Assembly: GCA_037200525.1 (NCBI GenBank)
Contig: JBBCGG010000001.1
Location: forward strand, 85,526 to 149,525
Direction: 5' to 3'
Origin: Methylocella sp.
GTDB lineage: Bacteria; Pseudomonadota; Alphaproteobacteria; Rhizobiales; Beijerinckiaceae
DNA: 64,000 nt
Positions 45,534-55,136 of this stretch are shown here, piece after piece (position 1 is the first letter of the stretch; each line of letters begins with the position of its first letter). The notes under the pieces were generated by a model. The model saw only the letters and a program-made list of their open reading frames with translations. It ran no database searches and had not been told where the DNA came from. Made by a program: the position numbers and the translations under genes.

Positions 45534-46024
45534 TCCCGTGCTCCATGTGATCGTGGCGGCGGCATCTCCGGCGCCACGTGTCTGGAACTGAGCTGTTTTC
45601 GTAGGTCGCGCACCCGGTTTCTGGCCTCGTCCAGATGCACGCGGAAACGACTCGGCTCCCAGATTTGAAACTTGTGCCCATGGCCGACGAAGGTCACCTC
45701 GTTCGAAATCGTCGCATAGGCTTTGAGACTTTCCGTGAGGATCACGCGCCCCTCGGAATCGACTTTCAGAATCTCGCTGGTGCCAATGAGCGCGGTCGAA
45801 AACAGATCGCGCTCCTCCGAATAGGGGGAGAGCCCGCAAAGAAGTCCGTCGATTTCCCGCAACAGGGCATGACCACCGCAATCGAGCGCCTCCTGATCGA
45901 TCGAGGGATGGATATAAAGACCATCGAAACCATCACGCGCCAGCACCGCCCGAAACGACGCCGGAATCGAAACCCGACCTTTGGCGTCGAGCTTATTGGT
46001 GTAGTGCGAGACATATCCGTCCAC
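45530..46024 (-). CDS. mraZ: transcriptional regulator MraZ
   Basis: Two SpoVT/AbrB-like halves (LDAKGRVSIPASFR and KVDSEGRVILTESL). Confidence 0.93.
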   Translation of the reverse strand: MDGYVSHYTNKLDAKGRVSIPASFRAVLARDGFDGLYIHPSIDQEALDCGGHALLREIDGLLCGLSPYSEERDLFSTALIGTSEILKVDSEGRVILTESLKAYATISNEVTFVGHGHKFQIWEPSRFRVHLDEARNRVRDLRKQLSSRHVAPEMPPPRSHGARE

Positions 46025-46112
46025 TCCACAACCCCAAGCTTTGCTGCCTTGTACGCCCAGCCCCTAACGCGTCGCTGCGCGCCTTTGGGAACTGACTTGA
46101 TTAACACTTGAA

Positions 46113-46147
46113 CGGGACGATTTGGGATAACATGGGATATATTGGGG
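46113..46147. promoter_or_regulatory. candidate MraZ operator: four phased direct repeats CGGGA/TGGGA/TGGGA/TGGGG at exact 10-bp spacing
   Basis: Cores start at 46113, 46123, 46133 and 46143 on the + strand, 89-123 nt upstream of the mraZ start. The E. coli MraZ operator is described as TGGGN direct repeats with 5-nt spacers. Confidence 0.5.
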
Positions 46148-46529
46148 GTCAATGTAATTCCCAGGGGCGGCAGGCAAATTCGACCACCGCGTCAACGCAA
46201 CGCAGCAGAGATTTAAGAATCATTAAGGTTAACGGGGAGCTGTTGAGAGGCTATTTGGAGTTGACGCGCAAACCTCAGTTCTCACACAGAGGATTCGCTG
46301 ATCTCGTCTGTCGCCGCGTTCAGTATTGGCAAGGCCCTGCCTCGAACCGGCTCCGCCTCAAAGCGAGGGAACAATCGCGAGCCAATGGGAATCATTCTTC
46401 GAGACAGAGGCTTTGATCTGCTCCCCATTGCGGAGATACAGAGCGCTCAGCGGGCGACGAGCGACGCCGGATCCGCCGCCAGCCCGCGTCAAACAGTCTA
46501 TTTTCGAGCAAAAATCGTAGAGCGTACCG

Positions 46530-47372
46530 TCAATGCGTAGTCGCGGTGAAGTCGCTCGGCTCGACTGAAAACTCCACGGCCTCGATCAAAGCGTCGCCAG
46601 CCACCGTCATCAGCTCCACACGGACGGGTACGACGACATGCGCGCGCTCGACCGGGGCCAGCCAAACCTCAATCTGCCTGTTCTCGGCCATGAAGCGCGT
46701 CGATCGCGAATCGCGTCTGTGCCCGGAGATCGGGATATAGCGCGCGGCGCAGACCGCGACCGGCCCCGAATAACCTTGGATAGCCACATCCCTGGTGCCG
46801 GTATAAGACAGCGCAATATCGAAACGGACGAAGCCGTCATAGATCGGGATCGTGCGGTTGCACGCCGCCGGGCCCACGAGCGATTGCCCCTCCGCCACGG
46901 CCATCAGCAGCGCGCTCGTCGGATCGAGAATGTTGCGCTTATTTGCTTCAGTGACGGGAATCCGGCCTTCCTTGTCAGTCCAGGGCGGAGAAATATCGAC
47001 GGCTTTCACATTGCCGCCATTGAGGGACATGCGGACGGTCCGCGTTTCGCGGGAATTGCCGGAGGTCGTCGCATAGGTCGCCGGCAAGATCGCTCCTTTA
47101 CGGAGGGAGCCTGCTGAAGTCAGCGCCATTTTCACGTCGGCGACCATCGCCGCGACGCCCGTCAATTTGGCGTTGAAATCAATCCGATACCCGGTCGGAT
47201 CGAATGAGCCGACGGCGGCCGCATCGCCGATATGCATGCCTAAGAGACTTACCGAGTAGCGCGCGCGCACGACCTCGGCGCTGGCCGAAGTCACTCCAAA
47301 TTGAAAAACCAGACCAAGACCGAAAGCGAGCCGCAAAAGGCGAAACAAGGGTAATCTCCTAAGAGCGCGCAC
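46530..47372 (-). CDS. DUF3108-like secreted protein
   Basis: Signal peptide, then the YSVSLLGMHIGDA... pattern and a beta-rich body resembling DUF3108. Confidence 0.6.
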   Translation of the reverse strand: MRALRRLPLFRLLRLAFGLGLVFQFGVTSASAEVVRARYSVSLLGMHIGDAAAVGSFDPTGYRIDFNAKLTGVAAMVADVKMALTSAGSLRKGAILPATYATTSGNSRETRTVRMSLNGGNVKAVDISPPWTDKEGRIPVTEANKRNILDPTSALLMAVAEGQSLVGPAACNRTIPIYDGFVRFDIALSYTGTRDVAIQGYSGPVAVCAARYIPISGHRRDSRSTRFMAENRQIEVWLAPVERAHVVVPVRVELMTVAGDALIEAVEFSVEPSDFTATTH

Positions 47373-47453
47373 GCTTCAGCATGGGGCTCAAGATCTTGCC
47401 GGGAATTCCGGCAATTTTTCGCGAATCAGTCAAGCCCCTGCCTACGCCTCGTC

Positions 47454-47499
47454 TGCAGCGATCCGCCCAATCGTCGGGTCTGAAAATCGGATCGCTGCA
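47454..47499. repeat. perfect 12-bp inverted repeat TGCAGCGATCCG-N22-CGGATCGCTGCA
   Basis: Arms at 47454-47465 and 47488-47499, read directly, in a divergent intergenic region. Confidence 0.9.
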
Positions 47500-47813
47500 T
47501 GGCCTCGTTTGTTCAGACGACATTGAATCGGATGGATGAAAGTTCGCATTATCACGCGGCCGGACGCAAGCGCCAATGTGATGCTGCACAAACAGTTGTT
47601 CATAATCGCTTGGCCAGTAACCTTAAACTGCGGAAAATGAGCGAAACTTCGACGATTTCAAGATGATGGCGGGCGCCCGACGCTCGCCGCCAGGCTCGAC
47701 GTCCCGCGATATTTCAGAATCATCGCGCGCGACCGAATTGGCGAAAGACAGCTTTCCTTATAAGGTCGCGCCATTATGGCCAAGAGAAGCCGATTCTGGG
47801 ACGTTCAGCGACC

Positions 47814-48626
47814 ATGCGAAAGATTTTTGGGGCGCAACGAACCGCCCGCGCCGTTCGGGCGTGGTCGCCTCTGACTGTCGCGGCGGGGCTTTTGTGGTGC
47901 GCCAGCGCGCAGGCGACGACCATCGCCCTCGACCGGCCCGACGCAGTTCTCGGAGCATGGGATTTGTCGCTCGCCGGCGGCAATAAGGAATGCCGCCTGA
48001 CATTGCGCGCGGAGCCGGTGCACGGCGGCCAGTTCGTCGCCATGCCGCTTGGGTGCCGCCACGCGCTCCCAATTCTCAATACCATTGGCGCCTGGGTTTT
48101 GCCCGGCGATAATCACCTTGATCTCGCAGATGCTTACGGCAAGTCCGTGCTCGATTTCACGATCGAGACGGAGGAGACGCTGGTTGCGAGCGGCCCGGAG
48201 GGAGAGATCTATCGGCTTACCCTGGCCGCCGGAGGCGTCGCGCCGCAAAGAACCGTGGCCGCGACCGTTCCGAGCGCGAGCGCGGCGGCACCGGCCAAGC
48301 TTGCGGCCAATGCTGCGCATCCGATCGTCCGGCCGGGCGATGTCGCGGGCCGCTATTCGGTTTTACGCGAGGAAGCGCGCGACACCGGCTGCATGTTGAC
48401 CCTCGACGATCAGGCCAAGACGAAAGCCGGCAACAAGGCTTTCCTATCGCCCGCCTGCCGCGATCAGGGCATCGTGATTTTTGATCCGACCGCTTGGCAG
48501 ATCGTCAGCGGCCGCCTCGTCCTCACCGCGCGCAAAGGCCACTCGACGCATCTCGACCTGCAACCAGATGGCGTCTGGCTGAAAGATCCCAAGGAAGGCT
48601 CGAGCCTCAGCCTGAAGAAGATGTGA
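47814..48626 (+). CDS. secreted protein with two tandem Inh/AprI-like (Omp19-like protease inhibitor I38) domains
   Basis: Signal peptide. Both halves repeat the pattern W/Y..L......C.LTL....(G)......C......I..W......L.L with paired Cys residues, separated by an Ala/Pro linker. Confidence 0.55.
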   Translation: MRKIFGAQRTARAVRAWSPLTVAAGLLWCASAQATTIALDRPDAVLGAWDLSLAGGNKECRLTLRAEPVHGGQFVAMPLGCRHALPILNTIGAWVLPGDNHLDLADAYGKSVLDFTIETEETLVASGPEGEIYRLTLAAGGVAPQRTVAATVPSASAAAPAKLAANAAHPIVRPGDVAGRYSVLREEARDTGCMLTLDDQAKTKAGNKAFLSPACRDQGIVIFDPTAWQIVSGRLVLTARKGHSTHLDLQPDGVWLKDPKEGSSLSLKKM

Positions 48627-48787
48627 TTTTTTTGGGGCGCGCGGGCTTTCGACCCTACGGCTTTCGCTCGATCGCGCTTCATAGTCTCCGCGCTTTTGTT
48701 CGCCGTTCGGCGGGGGTAGAGCCTACCGATCGAAGCGGATGAGTTCGACGCCCGCGTCATTCGCGCGACGTTTGTCGGCTAATCCGC

Positions 48788-50434
48788 TTATCCGGCCCTG
48801 CGCGCCCGCGCCGCGTGAATGAGTCCCGCGGTCGATGAATCCAATCCCTCGGTCGAAAGGCTCGCGTCGGCGGCGATCGGTGCGAGCTTCACCGCCAGCT
48901 CCTTGCCGAGTTCGACGCCCCATTGATCGAAGGAATTGATGTTCCAGATTACGCCCTGCACAAAAACCTTGTGCTCGTAGAGCGCGATCAATTGGCCAAG
49001 CGTGCGGGGCGACATCCATTTGTAGAGAAACGTGCTCGATGGACGGTTGCCCTCAAACACCTTATGCGGCGCCAGCGCTGTGATCGCCTCGGGGCTCGAT
49101 TTCTCTGATTGCAGTCGCTTTGTGACATCCTCGATGGAGCGGCCCTGCATCAGCGTCTGGCTCTGCGCCAGACAATTGGCGAATAGCAATTCATGATGTT
49201 TTGGGTCAGCCGCAACAGGCGAGGCGGCGATGAGAAAATCAACCGGAACGATTTCCGTGCCCTGATGCAAAAGCTGGAAGAAGGCGTGCTGGCCGTTGGT
49301 TCCCGGCTCGCCCCAGATAACCGGCGCCGTCGCAAGCTCGACTTTCGCGCCGGAAAGGTCCACGGATTTGCCGTTGGATTCCATTTCGAGCTGCTGCAGA
49401 TAGGCCGCAAAGCGCGCCATGCGCTGATCGTAGGGAATGACCGCATGGCTCGCAAAGCCCCAGATATTGCGATACCAGACGCCAAGGAGCGCCATCAGCA
49501 CGGGGACATTGCGCTCGAGCGGGGCCTCGAGGAAATGCTTATCGATATCCTGCCCGCCGCGCAGAAAATCTTCGAAATTGTCCTTGCCGATCCCGATCGC
49601 CAGCGAAAGCCCGATGGACGACCAAATGGAATAACGGCCGCCAACCCAATCCCAAAAGCCGAATACGCGATCGCTCTTGATGCCGAAGGCGGCGATCTTG
49701 TCGAGTTGGGTCGACACCGCGCAAAAATGATCGGCGACGGCGCCCTCTCCGAGCTTTTCGGCGACATAGCGGCGAGCGCTCGCAGCATTGGTCATCGTCT
49801 CGAGCGTCGTAAAGGTCTTTGAGCAGATGATGAACAGCGTCGTCTCGATCGGCAGATGCTTCACCGCATCGCCAAAATCGGCCCCGTCGACATTGGCGAC
49901 GAAATGCAGGGTCAAATGATCCGCGATGAAGGGGGCAAGAGCCCGCGCCGTCATAGCGGGGCCAAGATCCGAACCGCCTATGCCGAAATTGACGATATCG
50001 GTAAAACGCGCGCCGCTCGCCGATCTGATCTCGCCATTGCGCACCGCCTCGGCGAAGGCCTCCATCTTGCGCCGCTCGGCCATAACCTCGGGCATGACGT
50101 CGCGTCCCCCGGCGAACATCGGCGCGCCCGACAGATTGCGCAACGCCATATGCAGGGCCGGACGATGTTCGGTAACGTTGACCGGAGCGCCGGCGAAAAG
50201 GGCGGAGCGCCGCGACTCGACGTCTGCGGCGCGGGCGAGGTTCAGCAGCAAGCGCAGCGTGACGTCGCTCATCCGATGTTTTGAAAAATCGAAAAGAATG
50301 TCGTCGAGCTGGACATGAAAGCGCTCAAACCGCTGCGGGTCGGCGGCGAACAGATCGGCGATCTTTTGGGCGCCGATATCCTGCTTATGCGCTTCGAGCG
50401 CGGCCAGAGCCGCCACAACTTCACCACGAGCCAT
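48788..50434 (-). CDS. pgi: glucose-6-phosphate isomerase
   Basis: 548 aa with GIGGSDLGP and GEPGTNGQHAFFQLLHQG motifs. Confidence 0.95.
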   Translation of the reverse strand: MARGEVVAALAALEAHKQDIGAQKIADLFAADPQRFERFHVQLDDILFDFSKHRMSDVTLRLLLNLARAADVESRRSALFAGAPVNVTEHRPALHMALRNLSGAPMFAGGRDVMPEVMAERRKMEAFAEAVRNGEIRSASGARFTDIVNFGIGGSDLGPAMTARALAPFIADHLTLHFVANVDGADFGDAVKHLPIETTLFIICSKTFTTLETMTNAASARRYVAEKLGEGAVADHFCAVSTQLDKIAAFGIKSDRVFGFWDWVGGRYSIWSSIGLSLAIGIGKDNFEDFLRGGQDIDKHFLEAPLERNVPVLMALLGVWYRNIWGFASHAVIPYDQRMARFAAYLQQLEMESNGKSVDLSGAKVELATAPVIWGEPGTNGQHAFFQLLHQGTEIVPVDFLIAASPVAADPKHHELLFANCLAQSQTLMQGRSIEDVTKRLQSEKSSPEAITALAPHKVFEGNRPSSTFLYKWMSPRTLGQLIALYEHKVFVQGVIWNINSFDQWGVELGKELAVKLAPIAADASLSTEGLDSSTAGLIHAARARRAG

Positions 50435-50580
50435 AAGATACCCTCAAGAAACAACGAACTGACGTTTTCTAGCCTATTCAACGCGCCAAGACAAAGACGT
50501 CAGGGTTGTTTCCGCCCGCGCGCAAGGGAAAGAGGACAAGGCGCGCCAGTTGCGTTCATCGGCGCGGCCGATGGTCTTCT

Positions 50581-50614
50581 CATAACAATTCCGCCGAGCC
50601 TTTCGGCCCGGCGG
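50581..50614 (-). terminator. terminator candidate downstream of amtB
   Basis: GC-rich hairpin CCGCCGaGCC-tttc-GGCcCGGCGG (50591-50614), 30 nt after the stop. On the minus strand it is followed by only a weak U-rich tail, AAUUGUUAUG. Confidence 0.4.
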
Positions 50615-50644
50615 AAGTCATCGCCAACGATCCCGAATTTACGC

Positions 50645-52171
50645 CTACGGGTTGTAGGCGCGTTCGCCGTGCGAGGTAATGTCGAGGCCTTCGAGCTCGG
50701 CGTCTTTCCTGACCTTTAGGCCGATGACGAGATCGACGATCTTGTAGAGGATCAACGATCCGATGCCGGACCACAGCAGGGTGAAAAGCACCGTTTTTCC
50801 CTGGATCAGCAATTGCGCGGCCATATCATAATTGCCGGGCGAAGCCTCGCCGGGTTTGATCGTGTAGTCGGTGAGGCCGACGCCGCCGAGAGCCGGCGCC
50901 ACCAATATGCCGGTGGCGATCGCCCCGATGATTCCGCCGATGCAATGCACGCCGAAGACGTCGAGAGAATCGTCGTAGCCGCCCCACCTCTTCACATAAT
51001 CGACGAAGAAGAAGCAGACTGCGCCGACGACGAGGCCAAGGACGATCGATCCCATCGGTCCCGCAAACCCTGAGGCTGGCGTCACCGCGACAAGGCCGGC
51101 GACCGCGCCCGAGATCATGCCGAGCAGCGAGGGTTTGCCCTTTATCGCCCATTCAACGAACATCCAGGAGAGCGTCGCGGCAGAGGTGGCGACGAACGTG
51201 TTGACGAAAGCCAGAGCCGTTGTGCCGTTCGACTCGAGGTTGGAGCCGGCGTTGAAGCCAAACCAGCCGACCCAGAGGAGAGAGGCGCCGATCATCGACA
51301 TCGTGATCGAATGGGGCGGCCCAACTTCGCGCGGATAGCCAATTCGCTTGCCAAGCACGAGACAGCCGACGAAGCCCGCGATGCCCGCATTGATATGCAC
51401 CACGGTGCCGCCGGCGAAATCGAGCGCGCCCATCTGGTTGAAGTATCCGGCGTTGGCCTGCACCGCCGCGAGAGCGGCTTGCGCCGAAGCCTTGGACGCA
51501 TCGTCAGTCGCAGCCGCCAGAGCCTTGGCGGCATCGCCCAGCGCGTCCGGGCCGGCCCAGTACCAGACGGCGTGCGCGATCGGGAAGTAGATGAAGGTCA
51601 CCCAGAGAGCGATGAAGACGATCAGCGCCGAGAACTTCATGCGTTCGGCGAAGGAGCCGATGATGAGAGCCGGCGTGATGCAGGCGAAGGTCATCTGAAA
51701 CGCCATATAGACATATTCAGGAATGACGACTCCATTGGAGAAGGTCGCGACGTTTGTGGACGGATCAACCCCTTTCAGGAAGGCCCTGTCAAATCCGCCG
51801 ATGAACGCGTTCCAATTCGTGCCGAGCAGCGGAAATGCGTCATGCGAGCCCTCGGTAAAGGCGAGCGAATAGCCGTAAACGACCCAGATGATCGAAACCA
51901 GCGCGACGATCATAAAGACCTGGGAGAGCACAGACGCCATGTTCTTGGTTCGCACCAAGCCGCCATAGAAAAGCGCAAGGCCAGGAACCGACATCATCAG
52001 AACGAGCGCGGTGGAGACTAGCATCCATGCGGTGTCGCCCTTATTGGGCACAGGGGCCGGCGCTGCGGCGGGGTCTGCGAAGGCAAGGCCGGCGGTGGCG
52101 CATGCCGCGAGAAGACCTAGGCCGATCGCCCGCGATCTGATCGGTGGAGGAAACGAAATCGTCATTGTCAA
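50645..52171 (-). CDS. amtB: ammonium transporter AmtB
   Basis: Signal peptide plus Amt signatures (DFAGGTVVHINAG, VHCIGGIIG). Immediately downstream of glnK. Confidence 0.95.
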   Translation of the reverse strand: MTMTISFPPPIRSRAIGLGLLAACATAGLAFADPAAAPAPVPNKGDTAWMLVSTALVLMMSVPGLALFYGGLVRTKNMASVLSQVFMIVALVSIIWVVYGYSLAFTEGSHDAFPLLGTNWNAFIGGFDRAFLKGVDPSTNVATFSNGVVIPEYVYMAFQMTFACITPALIIGSFAERMKFSALIVFIALWVTFIYFPIAHAVWYWAGPDALGDAAKALAAATDDASKASAQAALAAVQANAGYFNQMGALDFAGGTVVHINAGIAGFVGCLVLGKRIGYPREVGPPHSITMSMIGASLLWVGWFGFNAGSNLESNGTTALAFVNTFVATSAATLSWMFVEWAIKGKPSLLGMISGAVAGLVAVTPASGFAGPMGSIVLGLVVGAVCFFFVDYVKRWGGYDDSLDVFGVHCIGGIIGAIATGILVAPALGGVGLTDYTIKPGEASPGNYDMAAQLLIQGKTVLFTLLWSGIGSLILYKIVDLVIGLKVRKDAELEGLDITSHGERAYNP

Positions 52172-52202
52172 ACTCTCCTTACGGATCTTGAATAAAGAAG
52201 GG

Positions 52203-52643
<441 letters not shown>

Positions 52644-52648
52644 TTACT

Positions 52649-52664
52649 TGCAAGCGCTGGGCCG
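52649..52664 (-). promoter_or_regulatory. sigma-54 (-24/-12) promoter candidate for glnK-amtB
   Basis: The minus strand reads CGGCCCAGCGCTTGCA, with GG and GC at the canonical 12-nt offset and TTGCA at -12. A second candidate, TGGCCCGCTTTAGGCA, lies at 52689-52704. Confidence 0.4.
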
Positions 52665-52923
52665 TTCGGCGCCAGGCTGCCGCTTTTTTGCCTAAAGCGG
52701 GCCATTTCTGATGTTAAGGCCACGTTTGCATATCCGCAAATGTCCACGACGAGCGCTCCACAACGTCGCTCGCTGTCCGTCCGCGGATGAAACGGCGAAA
52801 ATCGCATGAACCCGAGCAAAAAAATCTTTTTTGCCGAAGTTTTGCGCTAGGCGGCTCGTTCGACGCATCGAAGATGTTCGAAACGGCGCGAAATTAATCT
52901 GAAATGCAGTCAAACGAGGATTT

Positions 52924-53802
52924 TTAGAAAGTTCTCGTCTTCGGGCGCATCAACCCTTCCTGCACCACGGAAGCGACAAGCCGCCCATCGCGGGAGAATA
53001 TCAGGCCGCGCGCCAGGCCCCGCGCGCCGCCGGAGTTTGGGCTGTCTTGGGCGTAGAGCAGCCATTCGTCGGCGCGAAACGACCGGTGGAACCACAAAGC
53101 GTGGTCGAGGCTGGCGATTTGCAGGTCGGCGTCGAACACGCGATGGCCATGGGCGAGCAGCGCCGTGTCGAGAAGGGTCATATCGGAGAGATAGGCGAGC
53201 ACGGCGCGATGGATGGCCGGATCGTCGGGAAGCGCCCCGGCCGCGCGCAGCCAGACGTCTTGCTTTGGCGCTCCCGCCTCATGCCGGATATAGCGCGATG
53301 GATCGACGGCGCGCGTTTCGATTGGTCGGTCGCTGGCGAACCAGCGACGAATCGGCTCCGCCATAACGGCGCCGAAGCGCTCGACCATTTCGGCCTCGCT
53401 CGGCAGGGTTTCCGGCGAGGGGACGTCCGGCATGGCGACAGAATGTTCGAGGCCCGGCTCCTCGATCTGAAACGACGCGGACAGCGAAAAAATTGCGCGG
53501 CCATGCTGTATGGCGTTGCAGCGCCGAGTGGCGAAGCTTTGGCCATCGCGCAGGCGATCGACTTCATAAATGATCGGCGCTGAGGGATCGCCCGGCAAAA
53601 GGAAATAACCATGCAGCGAATGCGGCGCGCGGCCGGGAACGGTGCGGGCCGAGGCGACGAGCGCCTGGGCGATCACGAGGCCGCCGAAAACCCGCTGCCA
53701 GCCGACTTGCGGACTGCGGCCGCGAAAAATATTCGCCTCAATCTTTTCGAGATCAAGGATATTGAGAAGTTCGACTACGGCGGGAGAGGTTGGTTGGGGC
53801 AT
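52924..53802 (-). CDS. tesB: acyl-CoA thioesterase II
   Basis: Double hot-dog TesB pattern (LDLEKIEANIFRG..., GGLVIAQAL, SLDHALWFH). The start is taken at MPQPTS; the longer ORF is an upstream extension. Confidence 0.9.
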   Translation of the reverse strand: MPQPTSPAVVELLNILDLEKIEANIFRGRSPQVGWQRVFGGLVIAQALVASARTVPGRAPHSLHGYFLLPGDPSAPIIYEVDRLRDGQSFATRRCNAIQHGRAIFSLSASFQIEEPGLEHSVAMPDVPSPETLPSEAEMVERFGAVMAEPIRRWFASDRPIETRAVDPSRYIRHEAGAPKQDVWLRAAGALPDDPAIHRAVLAYLSDMTLLDTALLAHGHRVFDADLQIASLDHALWFHRSFRADEWLLYAQDSPNSGGARGLARGLIFSRDGRLVASVVQEGLMRPKTRTF

Positions 53803-53932
53803 GGCGACATGAGTTTGCGTTCGGCAGTCGGTGGTGACGGTTGCGACCGCCGCCGTCAAGCCAGAGGATAGCCTCGTCTCGACAAACCCAGGGAGCAATT
53901 TGTAGCGCGCCCGCCTCAGATCGCGATCAAGC

Positions 53933-55018
53933 CTACCGCAGCGCTTTCGAGACATCCTCTACGGGCTGCTTCGAATCCATTTTGATGGTTTTAATTTTAC
54001 CGTCTGCGCCCTCCATCGCGGCGGCGAGATCGACGCTGCGGATCGACTGGTCGTTAAACGTCCTAAAATACCATTTCAGATTCTTGAGGTCGGCGACGCT
54101 CGTCCAGAGCGTATATTCGCCTTGCGCTGCGCTCTGGTCCTGATCGCGCACCGAGCCAAGCGGAATGTCGAACGCGTTCAGAATATGAAAAGCTTGGAGA
54201 ACGGCCTCGGGCGCGGTCGCAGGTTGGAGCGCAGACTGTGAGAACGCCACCGCCCGGACCAATCGCGCCGGGGGTGTGTAATCGCCAGGCAAACCATGCA
54301 ATCCGCTGCCTTGGCCAAACTGAACTATCTTGAGGCCGGACAGCTGAATCGGCGGGACGTTGGTCGCGCTGAGGTTCACGTAATTGCGCAAATTCGTCAT
54401 GTGCCAATCGAATGTCGGCGAGTTGGTCACGACGCCCAGCGGATTGTCGTAGATCTTGAGCCCTCCCTCGACCGGCTCGATCACAACGGATTTGCCGCTG
54501 CGATCATGGACGACGAAATGGACCGGCGGCGCCTGTTTGATCGCCTCGAGGACGACGGGAAGCAAAACCACATTGGCGAAGTTTGCTTTGACTTCGTCGA
54601 CGCTCGCGAAATTGCCGAGAAGCCAGTTGCCATATTCGTGCGGCGCCATGCCGCGCGGCGTATTTTCCTTGGTCTGTTGCTGGTAGGACGCGTAACCGGG
54701 AAAGTAGAATAGGCCGACGTAGAGTCCCTGATCGTTGATGCCGTCGATGATGTCCGGGAGCCCCACCGCATTGGCCCCAAGCATGCCGTATTTGGTGGTA
54801 TAGGCAATGCCCTTGCCGCCGTCCGGCGTCGAGCCCGTGATCGTCGTTTGCTTGGGAATGATCACGACGTCAGATTGAAGATCGAAGCCGAATTCCAAGG
54901 TGCGGCCAGGAACGACGCCGCCATCGGCGGCTATCAAACGAATGCCTGTGCACGCCTCCGCCGCCGGCGCAAATGCTAGAATCACCGCCAATATGGCGAT
55001 CGCCCATCGCTCGATCAT
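53933..55018 (-). CDS. secreted Ntn-hydrolase of the choloylglycine hydrolase / penicillin V acylase family (linear amide C-N hydrolase)
   Basis: The signal peptide ends AAEA|CTGIRL, giving an N-terminal Cys nucleophile after cleavage. Family-like GRTLEFG and NSPTFDWH regions follow. Confidence 0.8.
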   Translation of the reverse strand: MIERWAIAILAVILAFAPAAEACTGIRLIAADGGVVPGRTLEFGFDLQSDVVIIPKQTTITGSTPDGGKGIAYTTKYGMLGANAVGLPDIIDGINDQGLYVGLFYFPGYASYQQQTKENTPRGMAPHEYGNWLLGNFASVDEVKANFANVVLLPVVLEAIKQAPPVHFVVHDRSGKSVVIEPVEGGLKIYDNPLGVVTNSPTFDWHMTNLRNYVNLSATNVPPIQLSGLKIVQFGQGSGLHGLPGDYTPPARLVRAVAFSQSALQPATAPEAVLQAFHILNAFDIPLGSVRDQDQSAAQGEYTLWTSVADLKNLKWYFRTFNDQSIRSVDLAAAMEGADGKIKTIKMDSKQPVEDVSKALR

Positions 55019-55136
55019 GGTTGCCCCCGAAGGTTCTAGCCGGCTGGCGCTGAAGCGCCAAAGCGGCTGGACGCTGCCCAACCTCACTTTTTTGCTCGCT
55101 TTGCCTTCGCCGCTCCGGGCGCGCCTTTATCGGCTC

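Noticed and set aside
45534-45881. N-terminal extension of the rsmH ORF
   Set aside because: It overlaps mraZ out of frame. RsmH homology begins after the ATG at 45533, which forms an ATGA overlap with the mraZ stop.
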